Positions 12,597 through 25,000 are shown, counted from the whole stretch's first letter. The stretch is 63,464 nucleotides of DNA, filler included, from Reticulomyxa filosa (GCA_000512085.1; 28 parts of 28 records of this genome joined end to end with filler, not necessarily neighbours in it), one strand, 5' to 3'. Made by a program: numbers and translations. Notes: generated from the sequence alone by a model not told the origin.

Positions 12597-13944
12597 TGGC
12601 CAGGTACACCACCATGGCACGGCCGCTACGGCGCAGGATGCGGCCAACCATGCCCTGATAGCGCTCGCTGCTGCGGTCGAAACCGCGGTTGAACCAGCCA
12701 AAGAAGCCGGTGTACTCGTGGCCGTGACCGTGGCCCTTGCTCACCGGTTTGAGCAGCGTGGCGCACAGCGCCGGGGTGAGGATCATCGCCACCAGCACCG
12801 ACAGCACCATCGACGACACCACGGTTACCGAGAACTGGCGGTAGATCACGCCGGTAGAGCCGCCAAAGAAGGCCATCGGCACAAAGACCGCCGCCAGTAC
12901 CAGCGCAATGCCGATCAGCGCGCCGGTGATCTGGCCCATCGATTTGCGGGTGGCCTCGCGCGGCGGCAGGCCCTCCTCGTTCATCACCCGTTCTACGTTT
13001 TCCACCACCACAATGGCATCATCCACCAGCAAGCCGATGGCCAGCACCATGCCGAACATGGTGAGCGTGTTGATGCTGAAGCCCAGCGCCGCCATCACGC
13101 CAAAGGTGCCCAGCAGCACCACCGGTACCGCGATGGTGGGGATCAGCGTGGCGCGGAAGTTCTGCAGGAACACGTACATCACCACAAACACCAGCACCAC
13201 CGCCTCGGCCAGCGTTTTCACCACTTCTTCGATCGAAATCTTCACGAAGGGCGTGGTGTCGTACGGGTACACCACCTTCAGGCCTTTGGGGAAGAAACCC
13301 GACATCTCGGCTACCTTGGCGCGCACCGCCTCGGCGGTGTCCAGCGCGTTGGCGCCGCTGGCCAGCTTGATGGCGATACCGGCCGACGGCTTGCCGTTGA
13401 AACTGGACTGCGTGCGGTAGCTTTCGGCGCCCAGCTCGATACGGGCCACGTCGCGCAGCAGCACGCGCGAACCGTCGGCGTTCACCTTCAGCAGGATCTT
13501 GCCAAACGCTTCCGGCGACGACAGTCGCGTTTGCGCCACGATGGTGGCGTTCAGCTGCTGGCCCGGCGCTGCAGGCAAGCCGCCCAGCTGGCCGGCCGAC
13601 ACCTGGGTGTTCTGGTCCGAAATGGCGCTGCTGACGTCCGAGGTGGTGAGCTGGTAGCTATTGAGCTTGTTCGGGTCCAGCCAGATGCGCATCGCGTACT
13701 TGGAGCCGAACAGCGTAACCTCGCCCACGCCGCTAACACGGCTGAGCGTGCTTGCAGGTTGGTGGACACGTAGTCGCTGATGTCGGTGGCGTTCATGCTG
13801 CCGTCTTCCGACACGAAGCCCACCACCATCAGGAAGTTGCGCGCCGACTTGGTGACCGTCACGCCCTGCTCCTGCACCGCCAAGGCAGCGACGACAGCGC
13901 CGACTGCAGCTTGTTCTGCCCTGCACCTGGGCATATCCGGGTTG
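12597..13944 (-). CDS. acrB: Bacterial HAE1-family RND efflux permease (AcrB/MexB-like), internal fragment; probable contaminant or associated bacterium
   Basis: [45 protein letters not shown] and [18 protein letters not shown]-rich and intronless, unlike all other contigs. Several 1-nt deletions at 13750-13940 near the contig end. Confidence 0.95.
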
Positions 13945-14044
13945 NNNNNNNNNNNNNNNNNNNNNNNNNNNNNNNNNNNNNNNNNNNNTTAATTAATTAA
14001 NNNNNNNNNNNNNNNNNNNNNNNNNNNNNNNNNNNNNNNNNNNN

Positions 14045-14082
<38 letters not shown>

Positions 14083-14116
14083 GGGAAAAATAAAGTTCAC
14101 ATGCAAAAAAAAAAAA

Positions 14117-14147
<31 letters not shown>

Positions 14148-14166
14148 TATGTTCAATGAATTAAAC

Positions 14167-15305
14167 TTGTAACATTTCATTGTGGTGCTTGAGCATCTCA
14201 ATCTGCTTTTGCAAGTCACTTCCTCGCATGGTACGCTTGGTGATGGTGCGACGCAAAGAACTGAAAGACTGCTTCAACAGCGCGATGTCGTCGTCATCGA
14301 TGTCATTCTCTTTCCCCTTTTCTCCGTCCCGCTCATTGTCTCGGTGTGCAGCTGCTCTTTCATTGTCGATTGCAGAGTGACTTAGATGATCATCGTTGGA
14401 ATGGGTCGAGTCAATCTCCTCTGCATTTTTGTCATTATACGTTTCACTTGCATTTGCATTTACATTTGTATTTACATTTACATTTACATTTGCACTTGCA
14501 CTTGCATTCATATTGTAATACTCTTCTCTTTCGATTTGGTTTGGCCGCTGCGTCGTATTGAAATGGACAGCGGCTGCACTAGGCGAGTCTGGCTTTTGAA
14601 GAACTGGCAATGGCGACAACAACGAAAGTTCGCGTTGCAAAGCCGCAATCTTTTCGTGGTACTCTTTGGACAAATATTGCTCCTTTTGCTTGTACAAGTC
14701 TCGTAACAATACTAATTCCTCATTCAAATACATTATTTGACGATGCATATACATATAATTACACTCTTCGTGGCCCTCTTTCTTCTCCTGCTCTCGTGCT
14801 CCCCCACTCTTTGCTTTTTGTCCCTGTCTTTTGTTCATCTCTTTTCGATACGATTCCAAAAACTCTATGTGCTTCTGAGATACGCTTAGTTGAGATACCA
14901 ATCGCTTTACATGCCAATTCATACATATTTATCGAAAATAATATATGCATATACATACATATATACATATATATGTATATATGCATATATAGAAAGCAAA
15001 CATTCTAATCTGTTATTTGAACCTGAAGTTGTCGTTCGTAAGCTTCGATTATCTCTTGTTTTTCTTGCTCCAGTTTTTTTATCATGGAAGATGGATCCGA
15101 GTCCATTCCTCGCTCATTCGAAGGAGGTGCCTCTTGTGTCGAAGGCAATGTTAGGATTCGAAAAAGTTGGGTATATAACGACTCATTCATCCCAACGATA
15201 TTTTTTTTTTTTAAAAAGAGAACTTGCTTTGTTTCTACGTTTGGCTTCCATCTCCCCCCCTCCTCCTGCTGATTCGTTTGTTTGCTCGTTCCAATCAATC
15301 ATTCC
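14167..15305 (-). CDS. Coiled-coil protein, internal exons
   Basis: Two open exons (~15016-15305 and ~14167-14930) with heptad-like E/K/Q/L content, separated by a (TA)-rich intron. Confidence 0.55.
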
Positions 15306-15704
15306 TAAACACATGAATATAATATTTAGTCATTTTTATAAAAAGTCCATAATTTTTAAATGGCCATCTTTAAAAAATATACACATGCGTTTTTTTGTTC
15401 TCTTAAACGACAAAGAGACAATTTTTTGACTTTTATTTCGTTTTTTTTTTTTTTTCATGTTGTCCAGACAACAAGTAACATTTATACAAAATGTGTGATT
15501 TTTTTCTTCCAAAAATAAATCGGCAATTTACCTTACAACATCCTTTTGTTTCGCTGCACATTAAAGCGCCAATTTGTATTAATGCACACCACTCGAGTAG
15601 CGAGTTGAAAAAAAAAAAAAAAACACAACCAATAAACATGTTCCCAAAAAAAAAAAAAAATAATTATAATAATAAATTTACAGAGCTAGTAAAAAAAGGA
15701 ATAA

Positions 15705-16331
15705 TTATTTTGAGAATAATTTTGGAAGTTTAATAGTGGCCAATTGCAAAGCGACAATAGTGAAAGAATCAGGACTTACTCCGTCAGTGATTAAAGAAGT
15801 CAACTCTTGATAAGTGACAAATTTAGTTTTTTCGATGATTTCATTTTCATCGCGTGCTTTAACGTATTTGTATTCGTGGTCACTCTTGTCGACTTTGACA
15901 ACATTTCTGGCCAAGAAATATTGCACCCTGGTGGCACAAAGACCAGTGTTGGAAAAGGCGCTACCCAAGTGGACCCAATTATCGCTGTTTGTTCTCAGGT
16001 TCATTTCTTCCGCCAATTCTTTTTTTGCATTCTCCAACGAAGTCAAGGAATATTCTCCGAATCCACGAGGAACTTCCCACACGGACTGGCCTATCGGATA
16101 ACGGTACTGTCGCAAAATACCTATCTTACCGTCTTCGGACAGCGGGAGCACCACGGTACCATCGAGGCCCGATTCCACGATGCGGTTGTAATTCCCGTTG
16201 TTGCCGTTCGGAAATTTCACTTCGTCAAAATACACTTTCAGCCATTTGTTTTCATACGCCAATTTCTCTTTCGTTCGTTCGATTATTGCACCATCTGTTT
16301 TTTCTTTTTCTGCGGTTGACAAGGAAGACAT
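15705..16331 (-). CDS. Nudix hydrolase, ADP-ribose pyrophosphatase (NudF)-like
   Basis: YENKWLKVYFDEVKFPNG, LRQYRYPIG..WEVPRGFGE and a Nudix-box variant ENAKKELAEEMNL; intronless 208-aa ORF. Confidence 0.88.
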   Translation of the reverse strand: MSSLSTAEKEKTDGAIIERTKEKLAYENKWLKVYFDEVKFPNGNNGNYNRIVESGLDGTVVLPLSEDGKIGILRQYRYPIGQSVWEVPRGFGEYSLTSLENAKKELAEEMNLRTNSDNWVHLGSAFSNTGLCATRVQYFLARNVVKVDKSDHEYKYVKARDENEIIEKTKFVTYQELTSLITDGVSPDSFTIVALQLATIKLPKLFSK

Positions 16332-16886
16332 GTTTTTTTTTTTTACAAGTTTTATATTTTTTTTTTTTTACTTTTCCAAAGAAGAGGAGATTAAACAAAA
16401 AACAACAGAAGGAAGGTATTGTAGTTTTAAGAGGCATGTATATTTGCAGATTAGTTAAGGGAAAAGATAATAGAGGAAGTAAAATTGCATCTGCGTCCAA
16501 ATAAATGAAAAAAACCAAAACCAAAGCAAAAAAGACAAGCGAGAGTGTTTTATATTTGTTCTTTGGACTATAACATGGTAGTAACAAAAATAGCCGAGTA
16601 AATGAAAAACTAAAAAAAATGCAATTAAATAACGATTTGGTAGTAAAAACAAAAAAATACTTTCATTTCGCTTAAAAAACTTAAGCAAACGGAACGCACA
16701 AATCTCTAGAAGATAAGAAATGTTTTTTTTTTTAAAAGCAGTTATTTATTTCAATTTAATAGATAGAACAACTTTTTTTGGGAATACGAAAGCTCACACC
16801 AAGGTGTGTTGTTTTTTTTTAAGAAAGTGTCCTCCTTTTTTTTTTTAAAAAAAAAACAACGGGGAAGTAAGGACGAGTACAAGAAA

Positions 16887-17983
16887 ATGGCATCTCCCTC
16901 TCCAACAGCAACTCCAACACAAGGATTTTTGGAAGTGGACAATGCGTTTGATTATAAGAGTCAATTTTCGCCGTCGAATTTGACGACAACGTACAGTGCA
17001 GTGTACGGAGGGTTTCTGTTGTCACTGTTCTGCTACGTATATTACCTGAAGCGAAAGTATGGGATACGCGAGAACATATTTCTGATGCTGTGGTCGATGG
17101 AAGAGGTGATAGAGGTCGGAATACACCACGTGTTGGACACAGCCTCGGACGTCGGTGTGTTGTTGCAGTTTTACGAGGGAATGGTAACCGAGAACTTTTA
17201 TAAGGGAGAGACACCGACAGAGAAGCATAACAAAGACATTGGCGTAAGCATCACGTTGTTCTTTATCGCGTCGATGATCGCATTTTGGGGCTATCGAGTC
17301 AAGGCTGGCTTTGAAATCTACCGCGTCACCAAATCCAAGATCCGCGCCGTGTTGCAAGTCATCTTCGATTGGGAGTTGTTTCGCATTCTTTGGATCAATT
17401 TGAAATTGGGTCAATTCGAATGCATCGGATTGGTCAAGTGGTTCAGAGGAGAAGAGGGTATTTTCGAATCTGGTATGTGCGCAAATGCGGGGTAGGTTTT
17501 TTTTTTTTTTTAAAATTTTTAAAAAAAAAATTAATTGTATGTTATTATATATACATATATATATATATATATATAACATGCATGCATATAATATTTTATT
17601 TATATGTGTATACTATATGCATGTATATATATTGCATGTAAAAAAAAAAAAAAAAAAAAAAACGGGAAAACGTAATGACCTATTCCTTTTTCCCCCCCTT
17701 TTTTTTTTGCACGTGTTAAAAACAGCGTTCCAATCGGTGCTCCAGCTGGTGTATTTGCTGTCGAACAACTCGATCTCCAGCCCCGTGATCTACTTTTCAT
17801 TTGTACTGTCCTTGCAATCGCTGACCGAGTACTTCTTCGACATCGACGAGGTTAACATGATCGACGAAGTCAGTTATGACATCTCGTGGCAAGAGCTGCT
17901 GTGTCAGGGTCAGTATTGCTGCTGCAGTCTGCCCACCAAAGGCAAGGTAAGAACAAATCCTTGGCCTATTATCTGCAGCAAAG
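16887..17983 (+). CDS. XK-related (Xkr scramblase-like) multipass membrane protein, partial
   Basis: Several TM segments and LDTASDVGV. Splicing ~17473-17725 gives EGIFESAFQSVLQLVYLL, matching the XK 'E..LES.PQ..LQ.Y' motif, followed by FSFVLSLQSL. Confidence 0.6.
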
Positions 17984-18083
17984 NNNNNNNNNNNNNNNNN
18001 NNNNNNNNNNNNNNNNNNNNNNNNNNNTTAATTAATTAANNNNNNNNNNNNNNNNNNNNNNNNNNNNNNNNNNNNNNNNNNNN

Positions 18084-19233
18084 CATGAACAATCAAAAGA
18101 TCCAACGAACGAGCACAATAGCCAACATGATGCTTGGGATACCGATGCAAATGAACGCAAAGATGACCAAGGAATTCAAGATACTATCAACGATACACAA
18201 AACGACAGCGATACGTTCGAATACAATAATAGGATATGCCAACAACAGCAAGCGGATCTTAGTGAGCTTGACGAAAAAAAAGATTCAATATCGGATAGTA
18301 CCTTCGCGAAGGACGACATCTATAATGTGGACTACGCATATCCAATAGCACCGGGCCCACAAGCCAATAAAGTATTGTTAGATAGTCCACAATGGACGGA
18401 TACTTGCCCAATCGACGGCTGTGGTGTAATATTTAAAACGGAAGTTGGTTTACATACACACGTAAACAAGAACATCACAAAAGATTAAAACCTTTGCCAT
18501 CCCGCAACCATATAAAAGAGTATCTTGCCTCCACTGCCGAATAACAATAACAGCAAATCATGCAATTCATGGCATGCACCACAAATGCTCCAAGGCTATA
18601 CACCAACCGCAACAACCACTATCAGATATTAAAATTGACTTCGATGCTCCAGTAGAAGTGGATGAATTGGCCCAATGGATATTTCCAAGACCGGAGGAAA
18701 TTGCATTATTCCAGGCAAACATCATTGCAAGGATACTCAAAGCGGCAAGAAGCCATTTAGCATCGATTGCCAGCGTCGCGCTGATGGATATATCAAATAG
18801 AAACAACATAGAATCATGAGTCAAGTGGATGGCCATGATACGTACAATCTTGTAGGCCCCAAGGAGAGGGAGACCAAGATCATCATGGATAGCATAAAAA
18901 TGTAGATAGAAAAATTATTTGGCCAATATGTAAAGATTTTTTGATTCATTCCAGCGAAGTCTTTGAGGCCGCCAAAAATGTTATTACCACCTCCACCAAG
19001 CAAAATAGCATTGCCAGAAACAAAAGGTGTATCCAATTCGCGACCATATGATAGCTTTCAAAGGCTTTCAAGTCATTGTCACAGTCGCCTTCCATACAAT
19101 ATAATGATAGCGTGATCACCGCACTTCGCAGCAAACATCCAAATGAACCACCACCGTCCGATATTGTAGCATCATTCACAGAACAGGGACCCTAGCATGC
19201 CACTATTTCCAATACATAAACACATTACTATCG
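18084..19233 (+). mobile_element. Degraded non-LTR retrotransposon 5' region, CRE/SLACS-like (C2H2 finger plus pre-RT region)
   Basis: CPIDGCGVIFKTEVGLHTH zinc finger at ~18405, FIPAKSLRPP, and RNKRCIQFA...LSKAFKSL...ITALRSKHP, the pattern that precedes CRE-clade RT. Stops and frameshifts present. Confidence 0.55.
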
Positions 19234-19559
19234 NNNNNNNNNNNNNNNNNNNNNNNNNNNNNNNNNNNNNNNNNNNNTTAATTAATTAANNNNNNNNNNN
19301 NNNNNNNNNNNNNNNNNNNNNNNNNNNNNNNNNTTGTTTTTTATTAGAGTACTATGTTCCTTTTGGGACGAGGTGCTCATTTTAACTCGGATAAGATCTC
19401 AATTTCTAAAAAAAAAAGAAAAAAAAAAGGAATTGCAGTTGGTGGACAGTACTCAAAAAGAAACATAAGACGAAAGAAAAACAATACGAACTTGGCTGCT
19501 GCTTTCACAACTTTAATCCTGACATCTAGTTTCTACAATCGATCACCAATGATGAATTG

Positions 19560-20429
19560 TTTCATTGGCAGGGACAATACATTGATATCTGGAAGCAATC
19601 CTTGGACATTTGTCCACCAATTGCGACGTAATTCACTCGATAGTCTCTTCTTCCTCACACCAAATACAATTAGGAGAATCTGATCTTTGGATGTTGTATA
19701 AATAATCATTTAATCCAATTTTGCCATTAATCAACTGACAAATAATCTTATATTCACTAAATGTCAATGAATACAATACAATCTTTTCAAATGATTGAGC
19801 ATCCATCAGGTTAGATAGGAAATATCGTGTCATCGTATGTCTTGGATTATCAATACCTTCACAAATCCAATGTCTCAATATTTCTAACAATTTATAGATA
19901 TCAGAACACGTTTATTGAATATTGAATTGATTACGAACTTGCAATAAGTGAGAATAATCACTATTCTATAATGTGGTCTGTAATAATTAATCACATATTC
20001 AAATGCAAGTCTCATTGCTTCAATCTCTAATCCAATGTTTGTCGTAATGCCATTGATTGGATATTCCAATTCCAGCCATTGTGGTAAATATGAATTTTGA
20101 ATGACAAGCATTGCACTTCAATTCCAGGACTTGGGAACGCAAAATATCACAATGCAATCAAAATCAAACGATGACAAAATTTCATCTGATGTTAATTCAT
20201 TGAAGATCGTAAATGGTGATTTATTTGATTGTGGTATCATTGCAATTTGCATTGGTGGAACATTTGGCATTGGTTTAGTTGTCGGCACTCCAGACTAAGC
20301 TTCATGAATACATCCACGGGATAATGTCGATAATTTACCAATCCATGAGATATAATTCAAATGGTCTTTACTTGATTCATTCCAAATCTTGTATGCCAAC
20401 ACAAGATTATGACCATTGAATCGACCTGT
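19560..20429 (-). mobile_element. Degraded LINE ORF2 3' end (RNase H plus C-terminal zinc-binding region)
   Basis: IVIFC..PSPGI.SAMLVI, GLEIEAMRLAF and IIILTYCKFV (RNase H); IICQLINGKIGLNDYLYNI..SDSPNCIWCEEEETIE (the RLRTGH..LN...SP.C..C...ET.EH motif). Confidence 0.75.
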
Positions 20430-20749
20430 NNNNNNNNNNNNNNNNNNNNNNNNNNNNNNNNNNNNNNNNNNNNTTAATTAATTAANNNNNNNNNNNNNNN
20501 NNNNNNNNNNNNNNNNNNNNNNNNNNNNNAGAAGGGATTTGTACAACTTCCAATTTGAATGAGTTAAATGTGAATGAGATAAAATATGTGTATAAAACAA
20601 AAAAATTATTTGTAAAATGATAGCTTGAAAGAAGAAAAGAAATCTAAAATATTGAGAAGAACGTATTTGCATATTTTATGGAATATTTTGAAATATCCAA
20701 AACATATCAAATATCGTCAAATTAACAATCAAGCTTTATGCAACAAGCT

Positions 20750-22284
20750 TATTGTTGAAATGTCGTACGTTAGACGTAGATTTTGAGCAAATATTTGTAG
20801 AGATGGAAATGATGTTACAACACTTTGGATTCAAAAAAGAAAATGATGATAATTGGTATTGTCAATATGATATTCAAATACCACATCTATGGAATTGCTA
20901 TAAAAAAATAATCTACAATCAAATCATGTATATGTTTATGTTGTTGATTTAATAAAACAATGGAAAAGTCTATTACTTTGAATAGATATAAGACAAGAAA
21001 TCCTATTCCAAACAAGGTGTGTATGCCATCGAATGGAAAATGGAAAGATTATGAAGTTGCATTTGATTATGAACATCGAACAATAATGCTATTTGATGAA
21101 AATAAACTAAAAATAAAATCATTACAAGTTGGAAATCCAAAAATATCATCATTAGAATTCAATATTCATATTCAATGGCAAAATTATATTGATTTTGCTA
21201 ACACACATACCAAATGGGGTTGTCTTGTTCTCAATCATACTTGGCACTTCCGCACAATTGATCAAGAAAGTAGAAGCTATCTATCAAATTGTCTATCAGT
21301 TAATGAAAGTAAAAATATACAATATTTTTATCAATTATTGATTATCGATTGGACGATTCAATCTTTTTGAAATGACACAACTTTGAACTGTTGAATTGTT
21401 ACACATATACAGGAGTTCAACTCTTTCCATGTTATTTGGAAAACTTTAGATAATGCAATACACAAAGAGCCATTGAATCCATATTCAATGACTTTGAGAC
21501 AAGGAGCTGATCATATAGCAGGCATATTACAAATGAGAGCTCACTTCATATTTGGAGCAGATGAATTGATATATGTTAACTGTAGACCAGCAATACCATT
21601 AAAAAAGAATAATGAACATGCATTATTACATGATATTTACAAACATCTTCCTCAGTATCCAACTGTTCAAGTACATTGGGAAATAGATGAGTGTTTTGTA
21701 GTATCCTACAAACACACAATTAGTATAGAAAGAAGTCATTTACCAGAAAAGACTGATTTAGATGTTGAATTTATTCCGTCAGATCAAAAAACCAACTTCA
21801 ATCCATTATTATATGAGCGTGATTTGCAAAAACTCAAAGTCATGCAGGATACAATTCACATAAAGATGACAAGAAATAATCCATTGCAAAAACTGTTCCA
21901 TGAAGTGATAAAGAATGATTATTTGTATGATTTAATCACATTGCAATATCAAAAAGATAAAAAAAAACTCTATGAAAACATCAAAAAACAAATTAATTAT
22001 AATAAAAAGGATGAAAATGGTGGATTGATATTAAATGATAAAATATTAACAATAGTAAATGAATTGAAGATATTGTATCATGATGATATTCATAAAAAAA
22101 TGGGATATCCACTTCAATTATGGCATATTTGTGCAATTTTATTGTATTGTGGTAAATCATGTAATGTTCAATTCAGTTATGATCAAATAAAATTTAAACA
22201 TCATAATTGGCCTTATTTGGATCGGTATTTGTGTGATGCTGTCAAAATACTTCATTCACATGAAAGAAGAGAAGAAAGTGAAAT
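20750..22284 (+). CDS. Member of a lineage-expanded family, putatively ending in an ART (ADP-ribosyltransferase)-like domain; cut by contig end
   Basis: Long open exons. The C-terminal MGYPLQLWHICAILLYCG.SCN...W.YLD..L..AV.IL...E resembles the helical segment that precedes ART catalytic cores. The core itself is not in this window. Confidence 0.45.
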
Positions 22285-22959
22285 NNNNNNNNNNNNNNNN
22301 NNNNNNNNNNNNNNNNNNNNNNNNNNNNTTAATTAATTAANNNNNNNNNNNNNNNNNNNNNNNNNNNNNNNNNNNNNNNNNNNNTGTGATCGAAAATAAA
22401 AGACTCTTTTTTTTTAAACAAAAAAAAAGGAGCTTATGAAGAGGATATGTTCGGTTTAAAGAAGCAGATGACGCAATAACAGCGATGAACAGTAAGTACA
22501 GCGACAAGTACGAAATCAGCGTAGCAGTTCAACATGATCGGAAGGTACATACAAACTTACGTTTGCGTCATAACGATGAAATATATCATCATGACTACGA
22601 CAACTAAAATCTCTTTGTCGATAAGCACATTTTCAATAAATATAAATTTCAAAATCAAAATCAAATCAATATACACAGCATCCATTCGCAATGGAACTTG
22701 ATCGAAAATTTCACGACGAACAATATCAACAAAGACGTGGAGACCAAATTAACAATATAAAAGATGACAATATCATCATGTTTGACATTCCAATGTCGGA
22801 CTTATCTATAGCTACTTCTCGTGACAGTCATGATTGAGATTGTGATGTTGATAATGATAATGACAAGAATGCAGCAATGAATGAAAGTGATTGTGTAATA
22901 GAAAAAGAACAAAAAAAGGATACAGAAAATTTTGTTTTAGTGTAACAAGATGTGCATAG

Positions 22960-24230
22960 TGACATCGCAATGGAAAAAAATAGCATTGGCGACAAGTTGT
23001 ATCCAATTGTTAGTAAAATTGATACAGACTTGGCATGTGGAGTGAATGATATGCAGCGACTAATTTTATCTCAAGAAATATTGCAAGAAGATTATATTAA
23101 ATTGATAAAACATCAAAATTTCAACAATTATAGATCACCGTTTTGCTGTTTGGAGAAAGTGTTATGTGTTATTCCAGTATTGGCAATGAAGAAAATTCAA
23201 TTTCAAATATATATAGAATATCAATATTTATTTCAAATACATAAAAATTTAGGAGTAGAAGAAAATAGTATATATATAATAATAATAATGTAATATTAAT
23301 TATATAATTAAAAATAAAATAATATAAAATAGATCGTAAACAACTTCATATTCGTATATTTAGTAAGAAAAAAAAAATGCATATTAACAACAAGTTATTA
23401 ATTACCGATCGAAAAAACAAGCAGAAATTGTCAACAAAGAAAAAGAAGAAATGATACATTGTTGTGAAGCATTTAGATATAAGCGAACATGCTGACAAGT
23501 GCATGAAAATTGAACTGGCTAGCAAATCGACATTCGAAGGAGCAGTAATTGTTGAAATAGTTACTGTGGCATCAGTGAATGAGATGGCAAGCCGTATTGT
23601 GGTTAGATCTTTTATATGTGGAATTCAGAAAGTATATTTTTCAGAAATGAAATGCAACATTTGTGGAAAGATAAATGACATATCGCGATGTCAACTATGC
23701 AAGGGAGTTTGGTATTGCAGCCAGTTGAATCAAAGTCAAGACTGGTTGTTCCATAGAACATTTTGCAATCATGTTGAAAACATGCTGCAATTGCATGAAA
23801 TGAAAAATAAAAAATGTAATGTATTATCAATTGATCAAGAAGAAAAAGAAGGAATCAATTATATTACTGATTTGGACTATACTAGAGTATCTCTTCGATG
23901 CCCTTTGTATATGATTCGTATTTAAACTACTGTTCGAGGATGCAATTGCTTAAATCAACAGTGTTTGGACCTAAAGTCATACTTGATATTTAGCGAGATG
24001 ACAGGAAATTGGCAATGCACAGTTTGCGCAAAACCATTAAAATACGAAGAATTATGTGTCGATTATAAAATGCTTCAAATAACCAATAACGAAAACGATG
24101 AAAACGATTTCATTCAATTATACTACGATTACAAATATAAAATTGTCACTAACCAAGAACAAAATGACGAAGACATAAATCAAAATTACATTAGAAAAAA
24201 AAAAAGAAAATTTTCACAAATTTATTCAAT
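22960..24230 (+). pseudogene. PIAS/Siz-like SUMO E3 (SP-RING) with a MYND finger and an MLLE-like segment, disrupted
   Basis: EKNSIGDKLYPIVSKI (MLLE-like) and RSPF. MYND: CNICG...RCQLCKGVWYCS...Q..DW..HRTFC. SP-RING: VSLRCPL...RI*TTVRG.NC.NQQCLD...WQCTVC, with an in-frame TAA at 23923-23925. Confidence 0.75.
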
Positions 24231-24466
24231 TGACTCTACTTCTACTGCTACTACTGCTTCTATTCATGTTACACAATTCAAACCTACTTTTTTACATCTA
24301 GTACTTCTCATTCTTCTAATTCTTCTCATTCTTATCTTTCTAATTCTTTCTGTCGTCATGAGCAACNNNNNNNNNNNNNNNNNNNNNNNNNNNNNNNNNN
24401 NNNNNNNNNNTTAATTAATTAANNNNNNNNNNNNNNNNNNNNNNNNNNNNNNNNNNNNNNNNNNNN

Positions 24467-25000
24467 ATGCGATTGACTCAGTTATTCGAAAAGTTGCAAT
24501 TTGAAAAAAATGATTGGATTCTATTTTCTCAACGAGGTTATTCTGATGATAAAACGGATCAACTCTGTGTCAAACATGTTGGGGTATTGTGGCGTCAATT
24601 GCGTAATGTAGTTCAATCCAACTGTTTGGACGAAAGTTCAATTGCTCCATACGTTCTTAAGATGTATCAAAAACCTTTAACCAATGAAGCAAAAACACAA
24701 ATAAAAGAGTTGGTTAAAAAAATTCCAATGGGCACCATGAAAGATATATTAAAGGCTTGGCGTGAAATAGCTTATCGACAAGGACAAATTACGCGAAATG
24801 CAGAAGCTGAAGATTTTGCTCATATACTGAAGCAATACGTCACGAATCATGATTTGAAATCTTTTCCGCCTCAACTGTTGAAATGGAGGAATTGTGCTAC
24901 TGCGTATGAATATGTATATCAAGAATGGAAGAACCAAGATCAATCATCTACTTTATTACTGTGGTTGTATAAATTTGGAAAAAATAATCTTTTCTGGTAA
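24467..25000 (+). CDS. C-terminus of a large protein, RNF213-like
   Basis: VKHVGVLWRQL...Y.KPL...LK.Y...FP..L.W resembles the RNF213 C-terminal region; the ORF runs off the contig start. Confidence 0.45.
   Translation: MRLTQLFEKLQFEKNDWILFSQRGYSDDKTDQLCVKHVGVLWRQLRNVVQSNCLDESSIAPYVLKMYQKPLTNEAKTQIKELVKKIPMGTMKDILKAWREIAYRQGQITRNAEAEDFAHILKQYVTNHDLKSFPPQLLKWRNCATAYEYVYQEWKNQDQSSTLLLWLYKFGKNNLFW

Noticed and set aside
12718-13773. 351-aa and 170-aa plus-strand ORFs
   Set aside because: Antisense shadows of the GC-rich acrB gene.
13750-13940. Programmed frameshift or pseudogenisation in acrB
   Set aside because: Several single-base deletions cluster at the contig end, typical of low-quality reads.
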